A stretch of DNA of 35,968 bases from Acidimicrobiia bacterium (lineage in GTDB: Bacteria; Actinomycetota; Acidimicrobiia; Spongiisociales; ZC4RG35), in the NCBI GenBank assembly GCA_036374915.1, contig DASUSU010000195.1:1-35968 (forward strand), in the 5' to 3' direction. Every line of letters begins with the position of its first letter. The stretch's first letter is position 1. Below are positions 26,471-35,968 of this stretch, in pieces. Below the pieces are notes generated by a model that saw only the letters and a list, made by a program, of their open reading frames with translations, had not been told where the DNA came from and searched no databases. Position numbers and translations under genes: made by a program.

Positions 26471-28807
26471 CTAGCCGCCTCTCCGGAACACTTCGGGTGG
26501 GATCGGGTCCTGGTCCCTGCGTCTCGCCCCGAGACCGGCCAGGTACTGGTTGGGGAAGTGATGTCCGGTGTAACCCAGGTCGATGGCCGCGTTGAGGGTC
26601 CAGTAGGGGTCGACGATGTGAGGCCGGGCGAGGAGGCAGAGATCGGCTCGCCCCGCCACCAGGATGTTGTGCACGTCGTCGATGCTCGACACCGCCCCGA
26701 CCGTCATCGTGGCGATGCCCACCTCGTTGCGAATCCGATCGGAGTACGGCGTCTGGTAGAGCCGCCCGTACTCCGGGTCGGCACTCACCGTCGTCTGCCC
26801 GGTCGACACGTCGATCAGGTCACAACCCCGCTCCTTCAGCGCAGCCGAAAAGACCACCGCATCCTCGCCGTCGAACCCCCCTTCGACCCAGTCGGTCGCC
26901 GAGATCCGGACCGAGATCGGCTTGGACTCCGGCCATGCCTCACGCACCGCCTCGAACACCTCGAGGGGAAAGCGCATCCGGTTCTCCAGCGTCCCGCCGT
27001 ACTGGTCACTCCGTCGATTGGCCAGCGGGGTGAGAAAACTCGACACCAGGTAGCCATGGGCGTAGTGCAGCTCGAGCATGTCGAAACCGGCCTGGTCGCC
27101 GAGCAGGGCCGAGCGAACGTGCTGCTCACGGACCAGGGCCATGTCGTCCCGGGTCATCTCCTTGGGCACCTGGCTGTCGGGCCGGTATCGGATCGGTGAT
27201 GGGGCAATGATCTCCCAGTTCCCCTCCTCCAGGGGCTCGCTGTCCCCCTCCCACATCAGCTTGGTCGAGCCCTTGCGGCCGGAGTGACCGATCTGGAGCC
27301 CGATCCGGGCCCCTGTGTGGCCGTGGACGAAGTCGACGATCCGGGCGAATCCCTCTGCCTGTCCCTCGTTCCAGAGACCGGTGCACCCCGGGCTGATCCG
27401 GCCTTCGGGGGAGACGCAGGTCATCTCGGTCATGACCAACCCGGCCCCACCGACCGCCCGACTCCCGAGATGGACCAGGTGCCACTCGTTGGGCAGCCCG
27501 TCGACCGCGCTGTACTGGTCCATCGGTGAGACCACGATCCGGTTGGCCAACTCCAGGCCCCGGGCCCGGAACGGATGGAACATGGGCGGGATGTCGGGAT
27601 CGACCTGGTGGGGACATCCATGTTCGGAAGCGGCGTACCAGGCATCAACCTCAGACATGTAGACCGGATCGCGAACCCGGAGGTTGTCGTAGGTGATCCG
27701 CTGACTTCGGGTGAGCATGCTGAACACGAATTGCTCGGGCTCCATCCCCCGGTATCGGTCGGCCCCTTCGAACCAGCGTCTGCTCGCCTTGGCCGCCCTC
27801 TGCAGGCTCTCCACTTCGGGCCGCCGTCTCTCCACGTACCGGGCCAGCGCTGTATGCAGTGGGTCGTCCTCGGTCAGGGCGTCGGCGAGGGCAATCGCAT
27901 CTTCCATTGCCAGCTTGGTGCCGGATCCGACTGAGAAGTGGGCGGTGTGAATGGCATCGCCGAGCAGCACAACGTTGTCGTGATGCCAGCGCTCACAGGT
28001 GACGGTGGGGAACTGGAGCCATCTGGAGTTGTTCCCGACCAGTCCCTGTCCGTCGAGATGGGTCGAGAAGAGCTCCTCACACCGCTCCAGGGCATAGACG
28101 TCGCTGGCTCCGGGCGCGAATACTTCGTCTTCTGTCTTGTCGAAGCCGAGAGCGAGCCAGGTCTCGGGGCGCATCTCGACGATGAAGGTGCTCCCTTCTC
28201 CGCTGTAGGGGTAGACGTGAGCCCAGACCATCCCCGAGGGCACGTCCTCGAAGATGAAGTTGAAGGCGTCGAACACCTTCGGCGTGCCGAACCAGATGTA
28301 CTTGTTGCGCTCCAGGACCACGCTGGGTGACAGCTCTCGCTCCAGGGTGGCCCGCACCATGCTGTTGGCCCCGTCGGCTCCGAGGACGACGTCGGCGTCC
28401 CGGAGCCGGCTCAGGTCGTGCACATCGTCGGAGAACCGGAGGTCGACACCGAGCCCGGCGGCCCGGTCGGTGAGGATCTCGAGCAGTGCCCGACGGCTGA
28501 TGGCGGCGAACCCGTGCCCTCCGGAGACCACTTCGATCCCGTCCGGATGACGGGTCCGAATCGCGCCCCAATGCCGGAACCTCTCCGTCATCGCGCGATA
28601 CGACGGCTCGTCGGCGTCGAGGAAGTGATCGAGCGTCTCGTCGGAGAACACGACCCCGAATCCGTAGGCGTCACCCGGCCGGTTGCGTTCGTGGACGGCG
28701 ACCGTCATGTCCGGGCGGCGCTTCTTGAGCAGTATCGCCGCGTAGAGACCGGCCGGGCCCCCACCGACGACGTTGACGCTCGATATTGGCTCGCTCATGC
28801 CGGCCAT
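26471..28807 (-). CDS. Bifunctional FAD-monooxygenase / Old-Yellow-Enzyme oxidoreductase (salicylyl-CoA 5-hydroxylase-like fusion)
   Basis: N-terminal VVGGGPAGLYAA (GxGxxG) and GDAIHTAHFSVGSGTKLAMEDA. C-terminal OYE signature LELHYAHGYLVSSFLTPLANRRSDQYGGTLENRMRFPLEV. Confidence 0.85.
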   Translation of the reverse strand: MAGMSEPISSVNVVGGGPAGLYAAILLKKRRPDMTVAVHERNRPGDAYGFGVVFSDETLDHFLDADEPSYRAMTERFRHWGAIRTRHPDGIEVVSGGHGFAAISRRALLEILTDRAAGLGVDLRFSDDVHDLSRLRDADVVLGADGANSMVRATLERELSPSVVLERNKYIWFGTPKVFDAFNFIFEDVPSGMVWAHVYPYSGEGSTFIVEMRPETWLALGFDKTEDEVFAPGASDVYALERCEELFSTHLDGQGLVGNNSRWLQFPTVTCERWHHDNVVLLGDAIHTAHFSVGSGTKLAMEDAIALADALTEDDPLHTALARYVERRRPEVESLQRAAKASRRWFEGADRYRGMEPEQFVFSMLTRSQRITYDNLRVRDPVYMSEVDAWYAASEHGCPHQVDPDIPPMFHPFRARGLELANRIVVSPMDQYSAVDGLPNEWHLVHLGSRAVGGAGLVMTEMTCVSPEGRISPGCTGLWNEGQAEGFARIVDFVHGHTGARIGLQIGHSGRKGSTKLMWEGDSEPLEEGNWEIIAPSPIRYRPDSQVPKEMTRDDMALVREQHVRSALLGDQAGFDMLELHYAHGYLVSSFLTPLANRRSDQYGGTLENRMRFPLEVFEAVREAWPESKPISVRISATDWVEGGFDGEDAVVFSAALKERGCDLIDVSTGQTTVSADPEYGRLYQTPYSDRIRNEVGIATMTVGAVSSIDDVHNILVAGRADLCLLARPHIVDPYWTLNAAIDLGYTGHHFPNQYLAGLGARRRDQDPIPPEVFRRGG

Positions 28808-28837
28808 GGGCCAAAGCTAGGGCACGAGTGCTCTGGC

Positions 28838-29611
28838 CTACACCCTCAGGGTGCGGAAGAACTCGTCCCACCAGTCGCCAACCGCCTCAACCGTGTTGCT
28901 GAGCGACCAGAGGAGCACGATGACCAGGGCGACGACCAGCACCACGGTGGCCAGGTTCCTGACCCGGTAAAGCTGGCGCTGGTTGGCGTCCTCCATGTAT
29001 GAGGGCTCCACCAACGGGGGGATGGGCGCCGTGATCACATACGGCTCGGGTGGGGACACGAATGCGGCACGCTCGGTCTTCGGTTGCATCTCGGCGACTC
29101 CCACCGGTTCGGGACGAGGAGAGAACGATTCGTGCTCAGGCATCGGTTCCCGGGCCTCTTCCGCCCCGGGTTCGGGTGTGGTCTCGGCTGGTTCGTCGAG
29201 ATGCTCGTGGAGCTCGGCCTCCAACTCGAAGTCGGCGTCGGGGACCGGCGCCACCGCGTCGACCGTCACCTCTGGCTCCGACCGGACGACCACCGGGTCG
29301 GCCACCACGTCCTCTTCGATCGGCTCCTCCAGGGGCAGCGGGGCGAGGCTGGCCAGCTCCTGTTCCACCGTGGTGTGCGTTTCCTGCTCGGGCTGGGGAA
29401 CACCCGCCTTGTCGAACAGAGCGCGCACATCGATGTCGAGGATCGCCGACAGGGCGGTGATCACCGACGGATCGGTCGGGGTGGACACGTCGCGTTCCCA
29501 GCTCCTTATCGAGCTGGCCGACCTTCCAACCAGCTCCCCAAGCTGCGCCTGGCTCAAGCCGATCTTCGTCCGGCGATAACGAATGGTTCTTCCGAAAGAG
29601 CGCTCCGGCAT
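28838..29611 (-). CDS. XRE-family HTH protein with acidic linker and a C-terminal transmembrane anchor
   Basis: IRYRRTKIGLSQAQLGELVGRSASSIRSWERD (HTH_3-like), about 130 aa of acidic/Pro-rich linker, then a TM helix LATVVLVVALVIVLLWSL near the C-terminus. ATG at 29611 chosen. Confidence 0.75.
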   Translation of the reverse strand: MPERSFGRTIRYRRTKIGLSQAQLGELVGRSASSIRSWERDVSTPTDPSVITALSAILDIDVRALFDKAGVPQPEQETHTTVEQELASLAPLPLEEPIEEDVVADPVVVRSEPEVTVDAVAPVPDADFELEAELHEHLDEPAETTPEPGAEEAREPMPEHESFSPRPEPVGVAEMQPKTERAAFVSPPEPYVITAPIPPLVEPSYMEDANQRQLYRVRNLATVVLVVALVIVLLWSLSNTVEAVGDWWDEFFRTLRV

Positions 29612-29736
29612 CGGTGGTCGATGGTACCGCCAGGCGGGACTTGCTCGACGTGTGGCGGGATCCTGGTCGGGGGCCGAGCCCGTTCGACCGACGGTAGCCA
29701 TTGATCGCAGTGGGTCACGGCTTAGCCTCTTCCGAC

Positions 29737-30147
29737 ATGGAGATCGCGATCATCGCCCTCGGCGTGTTCGGTCTCGTGTTCGTCGGGATCGCCCTCAACC
29801 GGGCCAAGCCGAATGTCGTGGCACAACGGGTCCCCGGGCACCCCGACACCTTCGAGTTGTGGAACGAGGGCCCGGGGACGGCGGTGATAGTCCATGCCGA
29901 CGTCATCGCCGCCGGGTTCCCCCATGGAGCCTCGATCGAGGACGCCCGATCGGCGATTCCCGGTCTCTCGGTCGACGAGCGGATCACACGTGACCGGGAT
30001 CCGTGGGCCAAAGGCGCGACGCTCGAGCCGCTCCGCCGTTTCGAGGTCCGGTTGCCGGCCGCCACCACCCTCAGAATCGTGTATCGGGCCGAAGGCGCCC
30101 TGGGCACGATGGCCGCCGCCACCCTGGTCGTGGCAGGCGGCCACTGA
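29737..30147 (+). CDS. Hypothetical N-terminally membrane-anchored protein
   Basis: MEIAIIALGVFGLVFVGIAL is a TM segment, followed by a soluble domain of about 110 aa. GC3 is high throughout. No family recognised. Confidence 0.5.
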   Translation: MEIAIIALGVFGLVFVGIALNRAKPNVVAQRVPGHPDTFELWNEGPGTAVIVHADVIAAGFPHGASIEDARSAIPGLSVDERITRDRDPWAKGATLEPLRRFEVRLPAATTLRIVYRAEGALGTMAAATLVVAGGH

Positions 30148-30242
30148 CCTGATCCCGGCCGTCGGGGACTTTCGGCCCTCGTCGGTCGTCGGAACCCACC
30201 GGTATTTTGATACCGTCCCCTCGACTACGAAAGGTGTGAACC

Positions 30243-30671
30243 ATGCGGAAGACAGCCTCCATCGCCTCCATCGTTCTCGGCGTGCTTATGGTGATCGGGG
30301 GTATCGCCACCTGGATAATGGTGAGCTCCACTCTCTCCGACCAGAACATCGTGACTTCGGAGGATGCTTGCCTGCCCGAACGCTCGGTGGCGGACCCGTT
30401 CACCGCCTATTGCGAGGCGAAGGTGATCGAGAAGCACACGCTCGAATCGACCGGCGGGCTCACCTACGCAGAATTGGACCGGGAGGACCCGCTTCGCGAG
30501 GTCGCCCTCACCTCTTCGTTCCTCCAGGCCTCGCTCTTCACCTCGGTGGTGGCGTTCGGAGTGGCGGCGATGGCAGTCGGGATGGGTTTGATCTTCATCC
30601 TGATCGGGCTTGGCATCCGTGACGTCGCCCAGTTCGCCACCGACAGCGAGGGTCGGCCGACTCAGACCTGA
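30243..30671 (+). CDS. Hypothetical 2-TM membrane protein
   Basis: TM1 IASIVLGVLMVIGGIATWIMV, an extracytoplasmic segment with two Cys, and TM2 VVAFGVAAMAVGMGLIFILIGLGI. GAAAGG lies upstream of the ATG. Confidence 0.6.
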   Translation: MRKTASIASIVLGVLMVIGGIATWIMVSSTLSDQNIVTSEDACLPERSVADPFTAYCEAKVIEKHTLESTGGLTYAELDREDPLREVALTSSFLQASLFTSVVAFGVAAMAVGMGLIFILIGLGIRDVAQFATDSEGRPTQT

Positions 30672-31054
30672 TCGATCGGCTCGAAGCGGATGAAGGGGGC
30701 CGACTCGACCCACCGGTCGAGCGCCCCCCTCACCCGCTCCGGATCGGATCCCCAACTCTCGGTGAGGGCGCGGAACAGGATCCTCCGGCGTATCTCAGGG
30801 TCCGCCTCCGGGGTCCCCCTCACCGGGATGTCCGCATTGATCCCCCTCTTGAGATGCAGGATGAACTCAGGGTTGGCCTCTATGTTCGCCATCCAGTCCC
30901 GCTTCCAACCCGGGCGCCCGGTCAGGTACAGCTCGCCGTCGAACTGGTGGAAGTAGATCTCGATCCGATGGCGTCGACCGCTCACCCGGCCGGTTGTGGT
31001 GATGTCGGCGATCCCGCCCAGATTCAGGGCCGTCCGTACTGCACTGTCCACCAT
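30662..31054 (-). CDS. Deazaflavin (F420)-dependent nitroreductase-like / DUF385 split-barrel protein
   Basis: TTTGRVSGRRHRIEIYFHQFDGELYLTGRPG.KRDWMANIEANPEFILHLK resembles the DDN/PNPOx-like family. ATG at 31054. The remaining 5' part of the 357-aa ORF was rejected. Confidence 0.65.
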   Translation of the reverse strand: MVDSAVRTALNLGGIADITTTGRVSGRRHRIEIYFHQFDGELYLTGRPGWKRDWMANIEANPEFILHLKRGINADIPVRGTPEADPEIRRRILFRALTESWGSDPERVRGALDRWVESAPFIRFEPIDQV

Positions 31055-31108
31055 GCTGGGAACCGGCCCGATCTTCTGCTTGTTCCCGCCGGGTAACTTG
31101 CCCCCCAC

Positions 31109-32326
31109 ATGGGCCAACTCATCCAGGTCGACGCCAGCCCGATGGGCCGCGTCGCCGTCTTCTCCACCGACCGCTCCCTGACCGGCCAGGACGGGATCAG
31201 CTTCTCGCCCGACGCCGTGGACGGGTCCGATCCGCCCCATGACCTGGCCCGCCGGCTGTTCACCGCGGACCGGGAGATCGATCACGTTCACGTCCTCTCC
31301 AACACGGTTTCGGTGCGCCGTCGTGAGACCTGGGACGCATCGGCGGTGGAACGGGCCTCCGATGTGATCGCCAACCTCTTCATCTTCTACGGCATCGAGC
31401 GGGATGGGGAGGAGGACGTCGAGCAGCTGCGCGAGGAGAACTACAACGCATCGATCAGCCACATCCGGGTGGCCAACGACGAGTTGTGGGTGATGAGGGT
31501 CGTGCCCGACCAGCCCATCGACCCGTTTCTCCCCGGCCAGTACACCACCCTGGCCCTGGGCTATTGGGAGCCTCGGGCCGACGAGGCGATGGAGAGACTG
31601 GTCCCCGGTCAGCACGAGAAGATGGCCCGCCGCTCCTACTCGGTGTCGAGCTCGATGATCGACGACGATGGCGAGCTGCTCCCCCCGCACACCCCCTTCG
31701 TCGAGTTCTACATAGTCAAGGTGCGGCCCGAGCACGAAGGGGAGCCCCCCGTGCTAACCCCCCGGTTGTTCGCCAAGGAGGTGGGGGATCGTCTCTACAT
31801 GGGCCGCAAGTTCACCGGGCGCTACACCTTGGACGGCGTGAGCCCCACCGACAACGTGGTCTTTCTCAGCACCGGGACCGGCGAGGCGCCCCAGAACATG
31901 ATGACTGCCGAGTTGCTCCGGCGAGAGCATCCGGGACGGATCCTGAACGCGGTCTGTGTCCGGTATCGGGCCGACCTGGCCTACACCGAGCAGCACGACG
32001 TGCTGATGGGCCGGTATCCCAACTACCGCTACCTGGCCCTGACCACAAGGGAACCGGAGAACGAGGGGAACAAGATGTACCTCCAGGACCTGGTCGCCTC
32101 CGGGCGTCTCGAAGAGGAGCTGGGCGCGCCGCTTGACCCGGAGAGCACCCATGTCTTCCTGTGCGGCAACCCCGCCATGATCGGGCTCCCCGAGTGGACC
32201 GAGGAGGGCCCGGTCTTCCCCGAGACCCTCGGCGTGTGCCAGCAGCTCCATGAGCGCGGCTTCACCATCGACCACGGCAAGACCCGCGGCAACGTCCACT
32301 TCGAGGAGTTCTGGACCGAACGGTGA
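31109..32326 (+). CDS. Ferredoxin-NADP(+) reductase (FNR family) with an N-terminal extension of about 110 aa that looks Nfu_N-like
   Basis: FNR motifs RRSYSVSS (RxYS), LSTGTGEAP (GTGxAP) and VFLCGNPAM. For the N-terminus see findings. Confidence 0.85.
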   Translation: MGQLIQVDASPMGRVAVFSTDRSLTGQDGISFSPDAVDGSDPPHDLARRLFTADREIDHVHVLSNTVSVRRRETWDASAVERASDVIANLFIFYGIERDGEEDVEQLREENYNASISHIRVANDELWVMRVVPDQPIDPFLPGQYTTLALGYWEPRADEAMERLVPGQHEKMARRSYSVSSSMIDDDGELLPPHTPFVEFYIVKVRPEHEGEPPVLTPRLFAKEVGDRLYMGRKFTGRYTLDGVSPTDNVVFLSTGTGEAPQNMMTAELLRREHPGRILNAVCVRYRADLAYTEQHDVLMGRYPNYRYLALTTREPENEGNKMYLQDLVASGRLEEELGAPLDPESTHVFLCGNPAMIGLPEWTEEGPVFPETLGVCQQLHERGFTIDHGKTRGNVHFEEFWTER

Positions 32327-32338
32327 GGGGCCGGCCCC

Positions 32339-34615
<2,277 letters not shown>

Positions 34616-34737
34616 AGGGCCCCGAGCCTATCGGCTTTCTCCGGGGTCGAATCCTGCCGAGCCGTCTCGGCCCGCCCGGCGGCGGCGACGGCGCCCTTTA
34701 TCGCTCGACGGCACCTGGCTTTACAATCGATGGGGAC

Positions 34738-35046
34738 GTGACCACCTCGAAGCTCCCGATCTACCACGACAACGGCTACAAGGTGATGGCCGGCTGGCGG
34801 GTCGGGCACGCCCCGGAGGAGTCGACCACCCGCTCGGGTCTGCTCGTACCGATCGGCACCAAGGACGGCAACGACGCCTTGGCGCTGCTCGACGTCAAGA
34901 CCGGTCAGCGCTTCTGGGCGGTGCCCACCGGCGCCTGGCGATTCATCTGGCCGGCGTCGGGGAAACCGGTGATCGCGGTGCGCGAGTCGCAGATCATCGC
35001 CGAAGAGGAGCTCGAGCACGTCGGGGACGAGGGCCAATACCTCTGA
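34738..35046 (+). CDS. Hypothetical small protein (102 aa)
   Basis: Very high GC3 in frame. GTG start lies 10 nt after a TACAAT -10-like hexamer (34722-34727), suggesting a leaderless or very short-leader mRNA. No family recognised. Confidence 0.55.
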   Translation: MTTSKLPIYHDNGYKVMAGWRVGHAPEESTTRSGLLVPIGTKDGNDALALLDVKTGQRFWAVPTGAWRFIWPASGKPVIAVRESQIIAEEELEHVGDEGQYL

Positions 35047-35101
35047 GCCGGCCTAATCACCCCGCACCGTCGGTCACGAGCGACGAAGATCTCCCGACCC
35101 C

Positions 35102-35968
35102 ATGACACAAGAGCACGCCTCCCGTCGTCGCCGCAGGCTGACCGCCACCGTCACCGACCTCGAAGTCGCGATTCAGCGAGCGTTCCTGGTCGGAGTCGAG
35201 CTGCCCGGGATGCCCACCGTCGACTCTGAGCGGAGCCTGGATGAGCTGGCCCTTCTCACCGACACGGCCGGGTCCGAGCCCGTCGACCAGGAGCTGGTCC
35301 GGCGCACACGCATCGATCCCTCTACCTACATCGGCTCGGGCAAAGCCGAGGAGCTGGCCACCCTGACCAAGGCCCTGGACATCGATCTGGTCGTTTTCGA
35401 CAACCAGCTCACCCCGGCCCAGCAGCGCAACCTGCAGAAGCTGTTCGGCTGCGACGTGGTGGACCGGGAGGGTCTGATCCTCGACATCTTCGCCCAGCAT
35501 GCCCATACCAAGGTGGGCGCCCTCCAGGTCGAGCTGGCCATGAACCGCTACAACCTTCCCCGGCTTCGGGGCAAGGGCACCAGCCTGTCCCAGCAGGGCG
35601 CCGGGGTCCTGGCCCGCGGCCCCGGTGAGACCAAGCTGGAGACCGACCGCCGGCGCATCCTGCAGAGGATCTCGAAGCTGGAGCGTGAGTTGAAGGAGAC
35701 GGTCGGCCACCGGGAGACCCAGCGCAAGGCGCGGAGACGGTCCGAGATTCCCCAGGTCTCGATCGTGGGGTACACCAATGCAGGGAAGTCGACCCTGCTC
35801 AACGCCCTCACCGATGCCGGCGTCCTGGTCGAGGACCGGCTCTTCGCCACCCTCGACTCGACCGTGCGCCGTTTGGAGCTGCCCAACCAGGGGACGGCCC
35901 TCCTCGCCGACACCGTCGGCTTCGTCCGCCGGCTCCCCCACCATCTTGTCGAAGCCTTCCGGTCGACG
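35102..35968 (+). CDS. hflX: GTPase HflX, C-terminus cut by window edge
   Basis: Own translation from ATG 35102: ...IGSGKAEELATL...VVFDNQLTPAQQRNLQKLFGCDVVDREGLILDIFAQHA...LARGPGETKLETDRR...IVGYTNAGKSTLLNALT...DTVGF. Absent from the ORF track because the frame stays open to the edge. The listed 295-aa minus ORF there is antisense. Confidence 0.85.
   Translation, partial: MTQEHASRRRRRLTATVTDLEVAIQRAFLVGVELPGMPTVDSERSLDELALLTDTAGSEPVDQELVRRTRIDPSTYIGSGKAEELATLTKALDIDLVVFDNQLTPAQQRNLQKLFGCDVVDREGLILDIFAQHAHTKVGALQVELAMNRYNLPRLRGKGTSLSQQGAGVLARGPGETKLETDRRRILQRISKLERELKETVGHRETQRKARRRSEIPQVSIVGYTNAGKSTLLNALTDAGVLVEDRLFATLDSTVRRLELPNQGTALLADTVGFVRRLPHHLVEAFRST

Noticed and set aside
30200-30215. 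AT-rich hairpin cggtat-tttg-ataccg upstream of the 2-TM gene
   Set aside because: It is a real inverted repeat, but I cannot tell whether it is a terminator, an operator or a -10 region (TATTTT). No supporting -35 or U-tract was found.
31055-31735. 5' extension of the 357-aa ORF containing the DDN-like gene
   Set aside because: The extension is antisense to the FNR gene. The split-barrel homology starts at MVDSAVRTAL (ATG 31054).
32327-32338. Perfect palindrome GGGGCCGGCCCC between the FNR and maeB stops as a bidirectional terminator
   Set aside because: It can only form a 4-bp stem with a 4-nt loop and has no U-tract, which is too weak to call.
35057-35944. 295-aa minus-strand ORF at the right end
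   Set aside because: The opposite strand encodes an unmistakable HflX GTPase (G1 GYTNAGKST and the HflX N-domain). The frame was missed by the ORF track only because it runs off the window.

Overview
High-GC (about 65-70% by eye) chromosomal segment that looks Actinomycetota-like. That guess rests on gene content: an MMPL transporter, CtaA, a MutT1-type Nudix/histidine-phosphatase fusion, a DDN-like F420 enzyme, a SigA/SigB-like sigma factor, and frequent GTG/TTG starts with 4-nt overlap coupling. The window is densely packed with about 36 protein genes on both strands, mostly housekeeping or metabolic. They include a GDPD phosphodiesterase (partial), HU, a crotonase, an FMN reductase, a MarR regulator with a divergent membrane protein, and an APH-kinase/PRTase/DUF3237 operon. 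Further along are MMPL, HisC, a fused 2-oxoacid dehydrogenase E1 alpha-beta, a LOG-family protein, MutT1-like, and an ABC exporter pair. The rest comprises a CBS-pair protein, a sigma-70 factor, DUF1801, SixA, a Prx-like protein, YyaL/DUF255, an MBL hydrolase, CtaA, a cystathionine-beta-synthase-like enzyme and an SGNH lipoprotein, followed by a salicylyl-CoA-5-hydroxylase-like FAD/OYE fusion, a tail-anchored XRE regulator, small membrane proteins, a ferredoxin-NADP reductase with an extra N-terminal domain, MaeB and HflX (partial). I found no rRNA, tRNA, CRISPR array, transposase, integrase, or recognisable defence or toxin-antitoxin module. I cannot point to a clear novel multi-gene system here. 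The observations most worth a second look are: (1) a ParB-type N-terminal GLGRGLxALIP peptide on the fused E1 alpha-beta enzyme; (2) a 316-bp gene-free, highly structured spacer between two convergent genes, with a promoter-like element, a very strong orphan Shine-Dalgarno, a 15-codon mini-ORF and duplicated anti-SD-like GACCACCTCC motifs; (3) an Nfu_N-like domain fused to FNR; (4) two 14-bp x3 tandem arrays just upstream of minus-strand start codons. All functional calls come from reading the translated sequence against remembered family motifs. No database search was run.
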